Notes: generated from the letters alone by a model not told the origin. A stretch of DNA of 64,000 nt from Nitrososphaeria archaeon (GCA_046536595.1 JAWDMM010000002.1:6248-70247), one strand, 5' to 3'; shown: positions 49,159-59,155, numbered from the stretch's first letter. Numbers and translations are program-made.

Positions 49159-49281
49159 TTTTTAACACCTTTTGATTTTTTGATTGGCAGGCGTCATTAG
49201 CATACGCGGTTCAGGATTTTATCCTAGGAGGACGCCATCTCCTGATTTAGGAGAAAATATGGATATTTATAAATTTGTCCG

Positions 49282-49289
49282 TGTTTTTC
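49282..49289. repeat. Left copy of the 8-bp target-site duplication TGTTTTTC
   Basis: Identical octamer at 50053-50060, immediately outside the two IS terminal repeats. Confidence 0.85.
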
Positions 49290-50052
49290 GGTGCCGTTAA
49301 CTTAAGGCTTAAAATTTATTTTTCAGCGGGGCCCTATTTATAGCAAATGATCTTACAAACCAGAAAAAGGACCCCAATAGCACTTATACTCTATGCCTTA
49401 TATCTTTATTTCTCCAGTTTGAGCTTGAGGAGGGCTTCCCATGTACTCGAGCCAATAATTAAGAGAAGCCACGTTGCAATATGGAAATGGATTCAGAAGT
49501 ATTCTTTCGTATTCGACTCTGACGTTGACAAACACGATGTCAATTTCATATTTATTAATGAAACTAAAATAAACATTGGTGGAAAGAAAGCTTGGCTATG
49601 GGTAGCGTATGAACCTCAACTCAAAGCGTTCCTATCGTTTTACATAAGCTGGCACCAGAACTCTCTTATGCTTTTTCATAAGGAAGCTTGTAAAGAAGTA
49701 TGGTAAGAAGACTATCTACACAGAGCTCTTAGGTACGTTGATGCTCGCAGGTGGGCAAGGGTAGATCATGTTGTATATGAACATAGCCTGAAGAACCTCA
49801 TGTAAAGGATGAATGAATATATAAAGGACAGGACAGAAGCTTTTGACGACCTTTTCCCGTGCAAAAAGCCAAAATTTGAGCACGTAAAGAACTGGTTCAA
49901 AGCATTCATTCAGGTTCTTCTATAACTATGTATTCACGAACGAAGAAATTGGTGCAGCGCCATTATCAAATGATCAGCTGTCTGAATGGATTAAGCCAAT
50001 TTTGTTAATTGCAAGCATGAGGTGATCAGAATGAGCTTAAGTTAACGGCACC
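49290..50052 (+). mobile_element. IS6-family-like insertion sequence (763 bp), non-autonomous copy
   Basis: Perfect 17-bp terminal inverted repeats: ggtgccgttaacttaag (49290-49306) and its complement (50036-50052). It is flanked by an 8-bp direct duplication. The size, GG-initiated repeats, 8-bp duplication and single DDE gene fit the IS6 family. Confidence 0.8.
49347..49925 (+). pseudogene. Frameshifted DDE transposase of the IS6-like element
   Basis: ORF 49347..49706 reads ..HVAIWKWIQKYS..FIFINETKINIGGKKAWLWVAYEP.., so the expected first catalytic D (DET) is N. Downstream the protein continues only across other frames and stops (..VKKYGKKTIYT.., ..ARRWARVDHVVYEHSLKNLM*RMNEYIKDRTEAFDDLFP..). 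Confidence 0.7.
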
Positions 50053-50060
50053 TGTTTTTC
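50053..50060. repeat. Right copy of the 8-bp target-site duplication TGTTTTTC
   Basis: See 49282-49289. Confidence 0.85.
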
Positions 50061-50188
50061 CGTCTCTTTTCTGTTATCTGGAAATTATTTCATGCTATCT
50101 TATCCCGAAATTATTACATACCCTTAGATATTTAAAAAATAAAAGTTATTTAAGCAGTTTTTGGATAAGCATTGTTAAGAAACACAGG

Positions 50189-50762
50189 ATGAGAAGACTT
50201 AGTACAGGGGTTATACATGTTCAGAAAAAAGCTGTAAGACATAAAAGGCCTGTTCCTGAGAGCGTTAGGAATGAAATCGTTGAGCTGTACAGAAAATACA
50301 GAATTAGCGCAAGCTATAACGGCAAAATTCTCAAAGCGAAAGGATTACACATCAGAAATGAAAAGATGAACCAAGTCCTCAAGGAGGTTGGTTTTGCAAT
50401 GAGCGAGCCTAAAAAGTAGCACAGAAAGAAGTGGATAAGGTATGAGAGAGAAAATTCTAATTCATTATGGCAAGTTGATTGGCACGAAATGAAGGATCCA
50501 AGGTGGAAGGGTTTATGGCTGATCGTGTATGAAGATGATTCATCAAGATTTATAGTGGGTTATGGCGTTTATCCAACTCCGGCATCAAAGTTCTTCGATT
50601 TTTGTTGATAAATTTATGCACTTGTACAACTTCATAAGGCCACATGGAGCATTTGACTTTGAAAGGCTTGAAACTCCAGCAGTTATATTTTATCAAAAGC
50701 TATCTAAGAGGAGAGTTATAATGGACACAACATTGCTGGAGAATATTCAAGGGATCAAATGA
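50189..50762 (+). pseudogene. Internally deleted rve (integrase-core DDE) transposase; copy B
   Basis: The HTH part is intact (ORF 50189..50419). After a stop the frame reads ..KKWIRYERENSNSLWQVDWHEMKDPRWKGLWLIVYEDDSSRFIVGYGVY.. and then jumps directly to the C-terminal tail ..FVDKFMHLYNFIRPHGAFD..ETPAVIFYQKL (50562..50762). The catalytic middle is missing. Confidence 0.7.
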
Positions 50763-50829
50763 TTTGCAGATAAAACGGCTTAGACCAACCAAAAAACTCT
50801 TATAAATAAATGACTACAGGTTAGGTGAT

Positions 50830-51978
50830 ATGCCAGTCAGATGGTTAAACAAAAATATACTGTTGATTTCCTTCTCAGCATTCTTCTCAGATCTGGGTTA
50901 TCAGGCCGTACTTGCTGTGTTGCCAGTACTTTTGGTTATCATTTATCATGCTCCAGTATACATTTATGGAATAACTGTGGCAGTATCATATGGGTTTGGA
51001 GCTATACTTGGATATCTGGGAGGCAGGCTTGCCGATAAATTTGGAAGAAAGAAGGTTGCTGTAGTAGGAAATGCTTTAATTACCTTGCTTTCATTTAGCG
51101 GACTGACGAACAACGCATATGAAGCATCAGCACTATTCAGCGCTGGATGGTTATCCAGAAACTTTAGGTCCCCAGCAAGGAAGGCATTGATAAGCGAAGA
51201 AATAAATGAAGATAACAGGGGTAGGGTGTTCGCGTTGTTAAATGCGCTTGACGTTGGTGGAGGAGTGTGTTCGATATTAATACTGTTAGCGCTTATCTAC
51301 CTAGGCATACCTCTCAGATACATAATACTGCTTACAGCCATACCCATAGTCATGGCTACAGCACTTTTGGTAATGGTCAAGGAAAAACACAACGAGACTA
51401 GGAAAGTTAACGAGGAAGCTTCAGGCCACGGAGCATATAGGGGCGTGCTACTTGCAACGGCCCTGTACGGGTTTAGCATTTACAGTCTCGGGTTCCCCGT
51501 TTTGACCATAGCACAGGCAACACATATGAACGTGCCTGCCTTTGCATCATACGGCCTTTTCCTGCTTGCTTCTGCTGTGTTTGGATACTTTATCGGTACA
51601 AGAAAGTTAAAGTTGGTTCCGGCACTTGGATTTTTAGGCTACCTGCTATCAGCGATTGGGACATTTATGCTTGGACTTTCATATTTTTTTAGATGGGGAC
51701 TTCCAGCTCTAATGTTTTCTGTATTGATAATAGGAATGGCCATTGGTACAATAGACACATTGGAACCAAACCTCATAACCCAAGTAAAGAAACAGCTTGG
51801 TGAAGGTATGGGTTCTTTAACAGCTTCAAGAAGCGCTGGATTATTTATAGGCAATCTCACAATGGGGTTCCTTTATTATTTTAATCCGTTGTATTCATAT
51901 TCATATGCTGCAGCCGCCTCAGCCATAGCAGCCGCAATGCTGTTTATCCTTGGAGGAAAGTTCAGCGGCCTTATTTGA
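50830..51978 (+). CDS. MFS transporter
   Basis: 382 aa and polytopic, with GGRLADKFGRKK and the loop SRNFRSPARKALISE. Confidence 0.75.
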   Translation: MPVRWLNKNILLISFSAFFSDLGYQAVLAVLPVLLVIIYHAPVYIYGITVAVSYGFGAILGYLGGRLADKFGRKKVAVVGNALITLLSFSGLTNNAYEASALFSAGWLSRNFRSPARKALISEEINEDNRGRVFALLNALDVGGGVCSILILLALIYLGIPLRYIILLTAIPIVMATALLVMVKEKHNETRKVNEEASGHGAYRGVLLATALYGFSIYSLGFPVLTIAQATHMNVPAFASYGLFLLASAVFGYFIGTRKLKLVPALGFLGYLLSAIGTFMLGLSYFFRWGLPALMFSVLIIGMAIGTIDTLEPNLITQVKKQLGEGMGSLTASRSAGLFIGNLTMGFLYYFNPLYSYSYAAAASAIAAAMLFILGGKFSGLI

Positions 51979-51984
51979 CTTCAC

Positions 51985-52050
51985 TCTGACATCCTCACAG
52001 CCCCTAGAAGAGGCGAGGCTTTCGTTCATTTTGTAATAGTAGATCTACTT
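51985..52050 (-). repeat. Solo fragment resembling the right end (hairpin/omega-RNA region) of the tnpB element
   Basis: tctgacatcctcacagcccctagaagaggcgaggctt matches 36590-36625 tctgacctcctccccgcccttgaagaggcgagggtt at about 30 of 36 positions with one indel. A shared gatctact motif follows in both. Confidence 0.55.
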
Positions 52051-52906
52051 TTATACGAGGATCTTGCGGTGAGGAACCCAGCAATTTATGAACAGTTTTT
52101 GAAGGAAGTAACAGAAATGGATTCAAAAATGGCATATCGGCGCTTCTCTTCGGTTATGAAGGGTTTGAAACCATTAGAATGGAAAAAAGTACGCGGCTTC
52201 TATAAGGGAAATTGACTTTCGAAACGGAACGCTGTTCTGGAGAAGCATAACACCTCAGGGATCTATATTTGCTCTCGAGTTCGCATTCCATGAAGGTAAA
52301 GTAAATCAATGGGAGATGGTCTAGGCTTTAGTATAAAGTAGGTCGCCTCAGGGAATTCCAGCACTTTATGCTATCAAACGCGGGTCTGGAGCTTTACAGG
52401 CTCTCGTGCTGACCATTAAACCATGGCTGCCACATCATCGCATCTAGAATCTTGATTTATTCCTTGTGCTTTATCATTCATAAAGCTAGTTATTTTAAGG
52501 ATCTGTTTGCTTATGAGCATAATATATTTCAGCGAGCAGGCTCATTGCTATGCTACATTGATTTATAATTTTTTCTTCAGTACTTCCCAAGTAAAGCATT
52601 TCAATTACACTTAACAATGTAATCGATGATTTTTTAATTAATTTTTGGTTTAATGCAGTATAGCTTTTTAGACTAGATTTTAGCCCCCAGCTTATAGTTT
52701 TAGGATATCCATATCAACCTGTTCAAATAATCAATTAAGATGCCAAGTCCGCTTAAAGTTATTTCCATTTTAACAATATGCTTGAAAAAGTATGCTGCCG
52801 TGCTTTGAATTTCAACTCGCTTCATTTCCACACTATATAGTTCTTCTCAAACCCTAGGCAGTTAAAACCGGAACCTCTAATAAATTTCCTTAATGAGTTA
52901 AGCGTT

Positions 52907-54010
52907 ATGCTTGTGGGAGTACTGACGTATAAAAATTCAGAGATTTATACAAATCGTTTAAATTCCTTGGTAAACACCTATTTTATAAGTGGTGAGAGGA
53001 TGCCATCTATAGGGATAGCAGGGCTAGGTCCTGCAGGCGCTTACCTCGGAGCGCTGTTGCAGGATAAAGCTGAAATCTTCGAAGCACAAAAAGAGGAAAG
53101 GTTTACTTCGGTATGTGCGTGGGGTACAGGTTATTATCGCATGAAGGACCTTATAAAACAAACCGGTTTAAACTTCGATGAATATATTTTGCATAAAGGT
53201 AAAAAAATCTTCGTCGGTTGGAAGGGGAAACTTATAGAATTTGACGCATACGGTCTGAGCACGTTCGACAAACCAAGGCTATTGAAAGATCTATCAAAAA
53301 ACTCAAGGGTGCATTTTGGTTCGAGAGTCGATAGGGGTTACCTTGAGTCACGTTACATATTAGCTGTAGATGCCACAGGGGTCAACAGGACGCTTTTAGG
53401 CAGGCTCAGCAAAGATTTTTTGGTACCAACAATCGAGTATAAAGTTAAATTTGAAAACCCTCCGTTTGACGATTTTTATATAGAACCGTTTAGCGGCTAC
53501 TCTGGTTATCTTTGGTATTTTCCGCTGTCCGAAAAAGAGTACTTCGTTGGCGCAGGAGATGTAAATATGAATCATGAAGATAAAGTGTTAGAATTCATAA
53601 AAAAACACCGTGGAGAAATTGTGGAAGGTTCAAGGATGGGCAAAGCCATCAGGCTTCTTCCAACTGAATACGTAGAGCCGCTTTACTTTATGAACGCTGT
53701 AGCAGTGGGCGAGGCTGCAGGCGCAGTATACCCGTTGCTGGGCGAAGGGATACTACCTAGCATGATCTCGGCTAAAATACTTTACGATAACGATCTTAAC
53801 GTTAGAAAGTACATAGCTGAGCTCAAGAACTACTTTTTGCCATATAAAAAGGCGTATGACTACCTTACCAGAAAAATGAAAGGACAGGGGAACGCGTTAA
53901 GCGATGCTATAAGCGTCTTCAACATAATAAGGGATGCGATAAAGTTTAAGGACGTCCTTGGGGTAGATTTAAAGATCTCTTACGTTTTTAAGATACTCTC
54001 GATACTATAA
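52907..54010 (+). CDS. FAD-dependent oxidoreductase, geranylgeranyl-reductase-like
   Basis: Dinucleotide-binding motif IGIAGLGPAGAYLG at aa 35-48, plus AVGEAAGAVYPLLGEGI near the C-terminal third. The real start is probably the ATG at 53000 (MPSIGIAG..). Confidence 0.65.
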   Translation: MLVGVLTYKNSEIYTNRLNSLVNTYFISGERMPSIGIAGLGPAGAYLGALLQDKAEIFEAQKEERFTSVCAWGTGYYRMKDLIKQTGLNFDEYILHKGKKIFVGWKGKLIEFDAYGLSTFDKPRLLKDLSKNSRVHFGSRVDRGYLESRYILAVDATGVNRTLLGRLSKDFLVPTIEYKVKFENPPFDDFYIEPFSGYSGYLWYFPLSEKEYFVGAGDVNMNHEDKVLEFIKKHRGEIVEGSRMGKAIRLLPTEYVEPLYFMNAVAVGEAAGAVYPLLGEGILPSMISAKILYDNDLNVRKYIAELKNYFLPYKKAYDYLTRKMKGQGNALSDAISVFNIIRDAIKFKDVLGVDLKISYVFKILSIL

Positions 54011-54958
54011 TTGATACATAATAAGGTTGCTTTCAGCAGATCCGGGATTCTTATAAAACACAATGATAAAGTCATAGCTTTGGACCCAGAAGAAAGAGTA
54101 AAAGCTGACCTTACTTTTGTCTCGCACGCTCATATGGATCATCTGTTAAAGAATGAGAAAAATACTGTGCTAGCTTCAAAGGAGACGATCGAGCTTGCGC
54201 GGGAAAGAGGAATTAAAATAAACGATTACGTTGAAGCGTTTGATGATGTACAGCTGATAGACTCAGGGCACATACTTGGTTCAAGAGCAATAATCATCGG
54301 AAAAAATGTAATAATGTATACAGGAGATTTCTCTCAAAGGGATAGAGGCTTCTTAAAGAAGCTTGAACCTGTAAACGTAAGGTTACTCATTATGGAAAGC
54401 ACATACGGGAAAAAAGGTTACAGGTTTCCGCCAACTGCGTCTATAATAGAAAGCGTAATGAAGATTATATCAGAAGCTTATGATGCGGGTATGGGAGTTT
54501 CCCTTCATGGCTACACGCTGGGCAAAGCGCAGCTTATTGAATATCTTTTTCAGAGCTGGAGGCCGCTTATAGTGCACAGAAATATAGAGAAAATGAACGT
54601 CGTTTACAGAAAGTTCGGGATAAACATACCAAAGCCCGATGTCGTAGTACAAAACCTTTCACATGTTCCTGATACACCCTTTGTCTACGTAGCCCCCACT
54701 TATGAATATGTAAGTAATGTATACTGTAGCATAAAGTTCACAGGATGGGCTAAGTACATTAGCAATTATGCTGTACCTCTTAGCGACCACGCAGATCACG
54801 ATGAACTCATTAGTTTTGTTAAAAAGGTTAACCCCGAAATTATAATAACAGTTCACGGTTTTGATAAAGAATTTGCAAAAGAACTCAGAAGCTTAGGGTT
54901 CAGAGCATTTGCCTTTACAGATCAGCAGCTTGACCTTGATTCTTTTATTTACGTTTAA
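54011..54958 (+). CDS. MBL-fold (beta-CASP-like) metallo-hydrolase
   Basis: 315 aa with the HxHxDH motif VSHAHMDHL and the C-terminal motif PLSDHADHDELISFVKKVNPEIIITVHG. TTG start directly abutting the upstream stop. Confidence 0.7.
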   Translation: MIHNKVAFSRSGILIKHNDKVIALDPEERVKADLTFVSHAHMDHLLKNEKNTVLASKETIELARERGIKINDYVEAFDDVQLIDSGHILGSRAIIIGKNVIMYTGDFSQRDRGFLKKLEPVNVRLLIMESTYGKKGYRFPPTASIIESVMKIISEAYDAGMGVSLHGYTLGKAQLIEYLFQSWRPLIVHRNIEKMNVVYRKFGINIPKPDVVVQNLSHVPDTPFVYVAPTYEYVSNVYCSIKFTGWAKYISNYAVPLSDHADHDELISFVKKVNPEIIITVHGFDKEFAKELRSLGFRAFAFTDQQLDLDSFIYV

Positions 54959-56511
54959 GCCGTTATTGTAAGAGCTTTTTCCGGATCGTAACCCCGTGCT
55001 TTACCCCAAGCTCCAAGCGCGTCCAGAACTTTTTTTGATCCATACCTGAAGAACCTGGTCAAGATTCCCTTTGCAAGCGAATTCTTAACTACGTGCGGTA
55101 AAAACCTTTCAACTTCAAGAACTGTATGCCTCCAGGTCCTGTATATAAGGTAAAACCTCATTTCTGTAAGCTGTGATTCAACGTCAAAGAATTCGCTGTC
55201 AGCTAAAGCTGCCAGAGGATCAAAGCTAAGGACTGTTACTGTCCAGTGTGCCTTTTCCCCTATTTTTTCAGGAAGCTCTTTTTCCAACCTGTCGATAAGC
55301 CTTATCGTATCTATGACGTCATCGTCAGTTTCTCCTGGAAATCCTACTATTGCTGTAAATGCTGGAACCCAGTAGTTTTCGTTTAACACCTTAGTTCCTT
55401 CAAAAACCACTTCGGGCCACTCATCAGCTGAAAAAGGAAGCGCTTTTCTCGGCATGTACTTTTTAACGAGTTTTACAGAACCGGTTTCAAGCCCAGGCTG
55501 GAGCCCGATTATGTTGTCAGAAGAAGCTTTCATGACTTCAGAAAGTTTTTTAAACTTTTCCGGGTTTGAAGCTGGCGCTGAAATCGTTCCGTGAGTGGGG
55601 TTTGTATGTTTTACGCCTTCCGCACCTGTTATTGCGCTGAAAAGTTCTACAAGCGCATCCCAGTTAGGGTTCATGTACCTGTGATCTTCGAGATTATAAA
55701 GAAATATATCTTCGCTCTGAGCCCAGACGCTGTGTTCTCCATACTTAACGTTAATGCTTATGTTTTTAAGTATATGCTCAATAGGTAAGTTCCTTGCGCT
55801 CCTTAAGTTAGGCAAACAGAATTCGCAGTTTCTTCCACAACCCCTGTTAACCTCGAGCAGCCCATGCAGGGTAGCTCCTTTGATCAGAGGTATTTGCTCT
55901 ACTTTTGGATAGTCTTTTACCTTTATTATCCTGTCAACTCTACCTTCAACGATATCATCCATTATCTGGGGCAGAACATGTTCTGTTTCTCCTACAACAA
56001 GATGGTCGATTCCTAGTTCATCCATTACTTTACTTCTTATCTCTATCTGCCATGTTCCAGGACCCCCAACTACTATCTTGAACCTTTTGCCATCTGCATT
56101 TCTTAAAAAGTTGAGCTTTCTTATAAGCTGATAAAAGTAGTACTTTGTATACCCTGTGTCACGACCGCCGTTAGTAAACATCATCGTTACAGGTCCAAGC
56201 CCCAGCGGGTCCATTGTTGATACGCCAACTACTTTTGTATCATTATCTATGTACCTCTCTATGTTCTTTGGCGTGACAACCTTGACTTTTTCTCTCCCAA
56301 GGTGATCTACAAGGACGCTTTCAACAAGCCTTACATCATACGGAGCTCTAACTGGCAAACCTTCTTGTAGCTCTGTATAAGGCGAAAGGGCGTCGAAGAT
56401 CACCTTTGGTACTTTTTCAGCAGGCGCACACCCTAGAAACTGTAGGAGCGGTACATTTCTGTATTCGCTGAAGAGGGTTTTATCTGCGGTAAGTAAGATG
56501 CTATAATCCAT
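54955..56511 (-). CDS. Radical SAM protein with an N-terminal B12-binding-like domain
   Basis: 518 aa with the CxxxCxxC cluster VNRGCGRNCEFCLPN, preceded by a Rossmann-like ~190-aa domain. Confidence 0.75.
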   Translation of the reverse strand: MDYSILLTADKTLFSEYRNVPLLQFLGCAPAEKVPKVIFDALSPYTELQEGLPVRAPYDVRLVESVLVDHLGREKVKVVTPKNIERYIDNDTKVVGVSTMDPLGLGPVTMMFTNGGRDTGYTKYYFYQLIRKLNFLRNADGKRFKIVVGGPGTWQIEIRSKVMDELGIDHLVVGETEHVLPQIMDDIVEGRVDRIIKVKDYPKVEQIPLIKGATLHGLLEVNRGCGRNCEFCLPNLRSARNLPIEHILKNISINVKYGEHSVWAQSEDIFLYNLEDHRYMNPNWDALVELFSAITGAEGVKHTNPTHGTISAPASNPEKFKKLSEVMKASSDNIIGLQPGLETGSVKLVKKYMPRKALPFSADEWPEVVFEGTKVLNENYWVPAFTAIVGFPGETDDDVIDTIRLIDRLEKELPEKIGEKAHWTVTVLSFDPLAALADSEFFDVESQLTEMRFYLIYRTWRHTVLEVERFLPHVVKNSLAKGILTRFFRYGSKKVLDALGAWGKARGYDPEKALTITA

Positions 56512-56574
56512 AAAATATTTTTTATGAAGATCTTAAAAAACGCTTCGCTCAAAATTTGTGCTGTATAGATAAAA

Positions 56575-58110
56575 TCAATCCTTTTTGGGCTTGATTATAA
56601 CCCTTTTACCAACTTCTTTTTCTATTTTTTCTATGTTCTCCCCGCCTTTGCCTATAATCTTCCCTATAACGTCACGGTTAACCCTTATTATAACGTTCTT
56701 TTTTCCTATTTCTATTACAGCTGTTTTGTCGTACTGCGATACCATTTCTTGTATCTTGTTTTTTATAACCCCGACAGGGACAACGACCTTTTCATCACCA
56801 TACGTGTATATTTCATATTCGAGCTGTTTGGTTTCAAAGTTTCTCACTTCGACTACAGGCCTGGCCAAGTCTTCTGAAGTCATTCCTGTAGGAACTTTAA
56901 CAACTAGGTTTAGCTCGTAAACTGTCTTGATCTGCCCGCTCTGAAGGAATATTACAGTATCAACAATTCTCGGCACCATCCCTATATCTATTCTTTCAAC
57001 AAGCCTCTGCACTGCATCTATGGGGCTGCTCGAATGAACAACTCCAACCATACCAACGCCGGCCAGCCTCATGTCTGCATAAACTGTAAAGTCCTGAGTT
57101 TTTCTAACCTCGTCAAAAATAGTATAATCTGGCCTTACAAGCAAAAGTATTTCAGCAGTCTTTTCAAAGTCGCCTTCAAGTGGAGCATACTGCGTTATCT
57201 CTGGACCAACCTGAAGATCTCTGGGAGATTCTAAAGTTTTAACAACTTTTCCTTTTTTGATGTAAAATTCAGCGAGAGATGCAGCGAGCGTGGACTTACC
57301 TGAGCCCGGAGGACCTGCTATTATTATTCCTTCTGCCTTTTCTAACCTCTGTTTTAAAGCTGCTGAAACGTTATAATCTTCTAAAGTGAGCTTTATTATT
57401 GGTCTAACCAAAGTAACTTCAAGACCATCAGAAAAAGGAGGCCTTGCTATGGTTATCCTGTAGTTTCCTAGCTGTATAACTGTTGCACCCCCTGTTTTCA
57501 TTTCTATGAATGAATTGGGTTCAATTCTTGCCCTTTGATCTATTTCAGAAATGATTTCCTCAAGCTCATCAGCAGTTATGGGCGCGTCTGAAACTTTTTC
57601 AAGCCTAAAGTCTCCAGGTTTTCCCCTCTTAACATATGGAGGAACGTTCTCTTTTAGATGCACGCTCATCACATCATCTTTAAGATAGTTTTCTATTTTC
57701 ATCGGTCTTTTCTCTTCTTCTGGAACCATATGCTTTGAGTTTACACCTTCAGCTTCTGCAACCAGATGCAGAACATAATCTGAAGTGTAAAGGATCGCTC
57801 CGTTCTTTTTTGCTACTTCCAGGATCATGTAATCTATCCTCCCTGAATGGGCAAGCCTTATGTCGTCGATCGAAGGCAGAGAACCCTTTACTACATACTT
57901 GATGCTTTTTTCAGTGCTAAGCTGCCTTATCTTTTTTAGCTCTTCAAGACCTTTAAATCCTATTTCAAGACCTTTTGTAGCCTGATTTTGCAGTTCTCCA
58001 ATGACCGCACGGGGGATTATAATAGTCGCTTCTTTAATTTCTCCTTTTTCAATAAGTTTTGAAACAAAACCGTTTATAATAACGCTAGTGTCAAGGACTA
58101 TTTTTTCCAA
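56575..58110 (-). CDS. PIN domain - PilT-like ATPase - KH domain protein
   Basis: 511 aa with the N-terminal PIN acidic motif VLDTSVIING, Walker A IIAGPPGSGKSTLA, and a C-terminal KH GKIIGKGGENIEKIEKEVG. Confidence 0.8.
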   Translation of the reverse strand: MEKIVLDTSVIINGFVSKLIEKGEIKEATIIIPRAVIGELQNQATKGLEIGFKGLEELKKIRQLSTEKSIKYVVKGSLPSIDDIRLAHSGRIDYMILEVAKKNGAILYTSDYVLHLVAEAEGVNSKHMVPEEEKRPMKIENYLKDDVMSVHLKENVPPYVKRGKPGDFRLEKVSDAPITADELEEIISEIDQRARIEPNSFIEMKTGGATVIQLGNYRITIARPPFSDGLEVTLVRPIIKLTLEDYNVSAALKQRLEKAEGIIIAGPPGSGKSTLAASLAEFYIKKGKVVKTLESPRDLQVGPEITQYAPLEGDFEKTAEILLLVRPDYTIFDEVRKTQDFTVYADMRLAGVGMVGVVHSSSPIDAVQRLVERIDIGMVPRIVDTVIFLQSGQIKTVYELNLVVKVPTGMTSEDLARPVVEVRNFETKQLEYEIYTYGDEKVVVPVGVIKNKIQEMVSQYDKTAVIEIGKKNVIIRVNRDVIGKIIGKGGENIEKIEKEVGKRVIIKPKKD

Positions 58111-58115
58111 TTTGC

Positions 58116-58709
58116 TTACCTAGAAGCGGCTGCCATTTTTTCCTGTTCCTGCTTCTTTCTTATTGCGTACGAACTCGGGTCATTGTTTGCAGCGAGGATA
58201 AGCTCTTCAGCTAAAGCTTCTTCAATAGGTTTACCCGTCTTCCACGATGCCATTCTGACTCCCTGCGAGATGAACCTAAGCGCAAGATCAAACCTTCTGT
58301 TCGGAGATACGTCTACTGAAACGTGATAGACCACACCACCATAGCTTATTCTTGTAGTATCTTCGTTTGGCCCTGCATTTGTAACTGCGTCAACAAGTAC
58401 TTGAATGGGGTTCTTTTTTGTTTTAAGGTAAATCATTTCAAACGCTGACTTTACTATGTTTATGGCCTTCTGTTTCTTCCCAGCCATTCTTCCTGTGTTT
58501 TTTGCCCATATTTTTCCATAGTGCATCAAGTTGTTGACCAGTCTTTCAACTATGTTTACTTTTTCCTTTGCAAACCTATTTTCTGCGTGCCTTCCAAAAG
58601 AGTGCGGATAATAAACAGGGTTTATGTTTATTACCTGCTTAAGGCTTATGTCTTTTACTTGTACTTCAGAAAAGTCCCATTTATCAAACAGAAGTATTTT
58701 TTCGCTCAT
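58116..58709 (-). CDS. rps7: Ribosomal protein uS7
   Basis: 197 aa with ..[49 protein letters not shown]... Confidence 0.95.
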   Translation of the reverse strand: MSEKILLFDKWDFSEVQVKDISLKQVININPVYYPHSFGRHAENRFAKEKVNIVERLVNNLMHYGKIWAKNTGRMAGKKQKAINIVKSAFEMIYLKTKKNPIQVLVDAVTNAGPNEDTTRISYGGVVYHVSVDVSPNRRFDLALRFISQGVRMASWKTGKPIEEALAEELILAANNDPSSYAIRKKQEQEKMAAASR

Positions 58710-59155
58710 CTTTTAGGCTTCTCCTTTTTACCCAAAACTAAAAGGTTTAACGGTACCCCGTTAACTTTTACAACTTTCCACCTTACTCCAGGAATGTCAC
58801 CCATTGATCTGCCCTGTGATCCACCAATACCTTCCACAAGTACTTCATCGTGTTCATCTACATAGTTCAAAGCACCGTCCCCAGGAAGGAATGCAGTGAT
58901 CTGTTTACCGTTCTTTATTAGCTGTACCCTAACACATTTTCTCACAGCTGAGTTTGGTTGTTTTGATTCTATTCCAACTTTCTCTATGACTATCCCCTTT
59001 GCCATTGGTGCGCCTTCAAGAGGATCAGCTTTGATGTCAAGCTTTAACATTCTCCTTTTGTAGTATTTATCAGACCACCTGAACTTCTGCCTTTTCTTTC
59101 CAAGCCCTCTTGCTCCAAATTCACCTAACGGAGATTTACCTTTTCCCATTTTCAA
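58706..59155 (-). CDS. rps12: Ribosomal protein uS12
   Basis: 149 aa with ..[51 protein letters not shown]... Confidence 0.95.
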   Translation of the reverse strand: MKMGKGKSPLGEFGARGLGKKRQKFRWSDKYYKRRMLKLDIKADPLEGAPMAKGIVIEKVGIESKQPNSAVRKCVRVQLIKNGKQITAFLPGDGALNYVDEHDEVLVEGIGGSQGRSMGDIPGVRWKVVKVNGVPLNLLVLGKKEKPKR

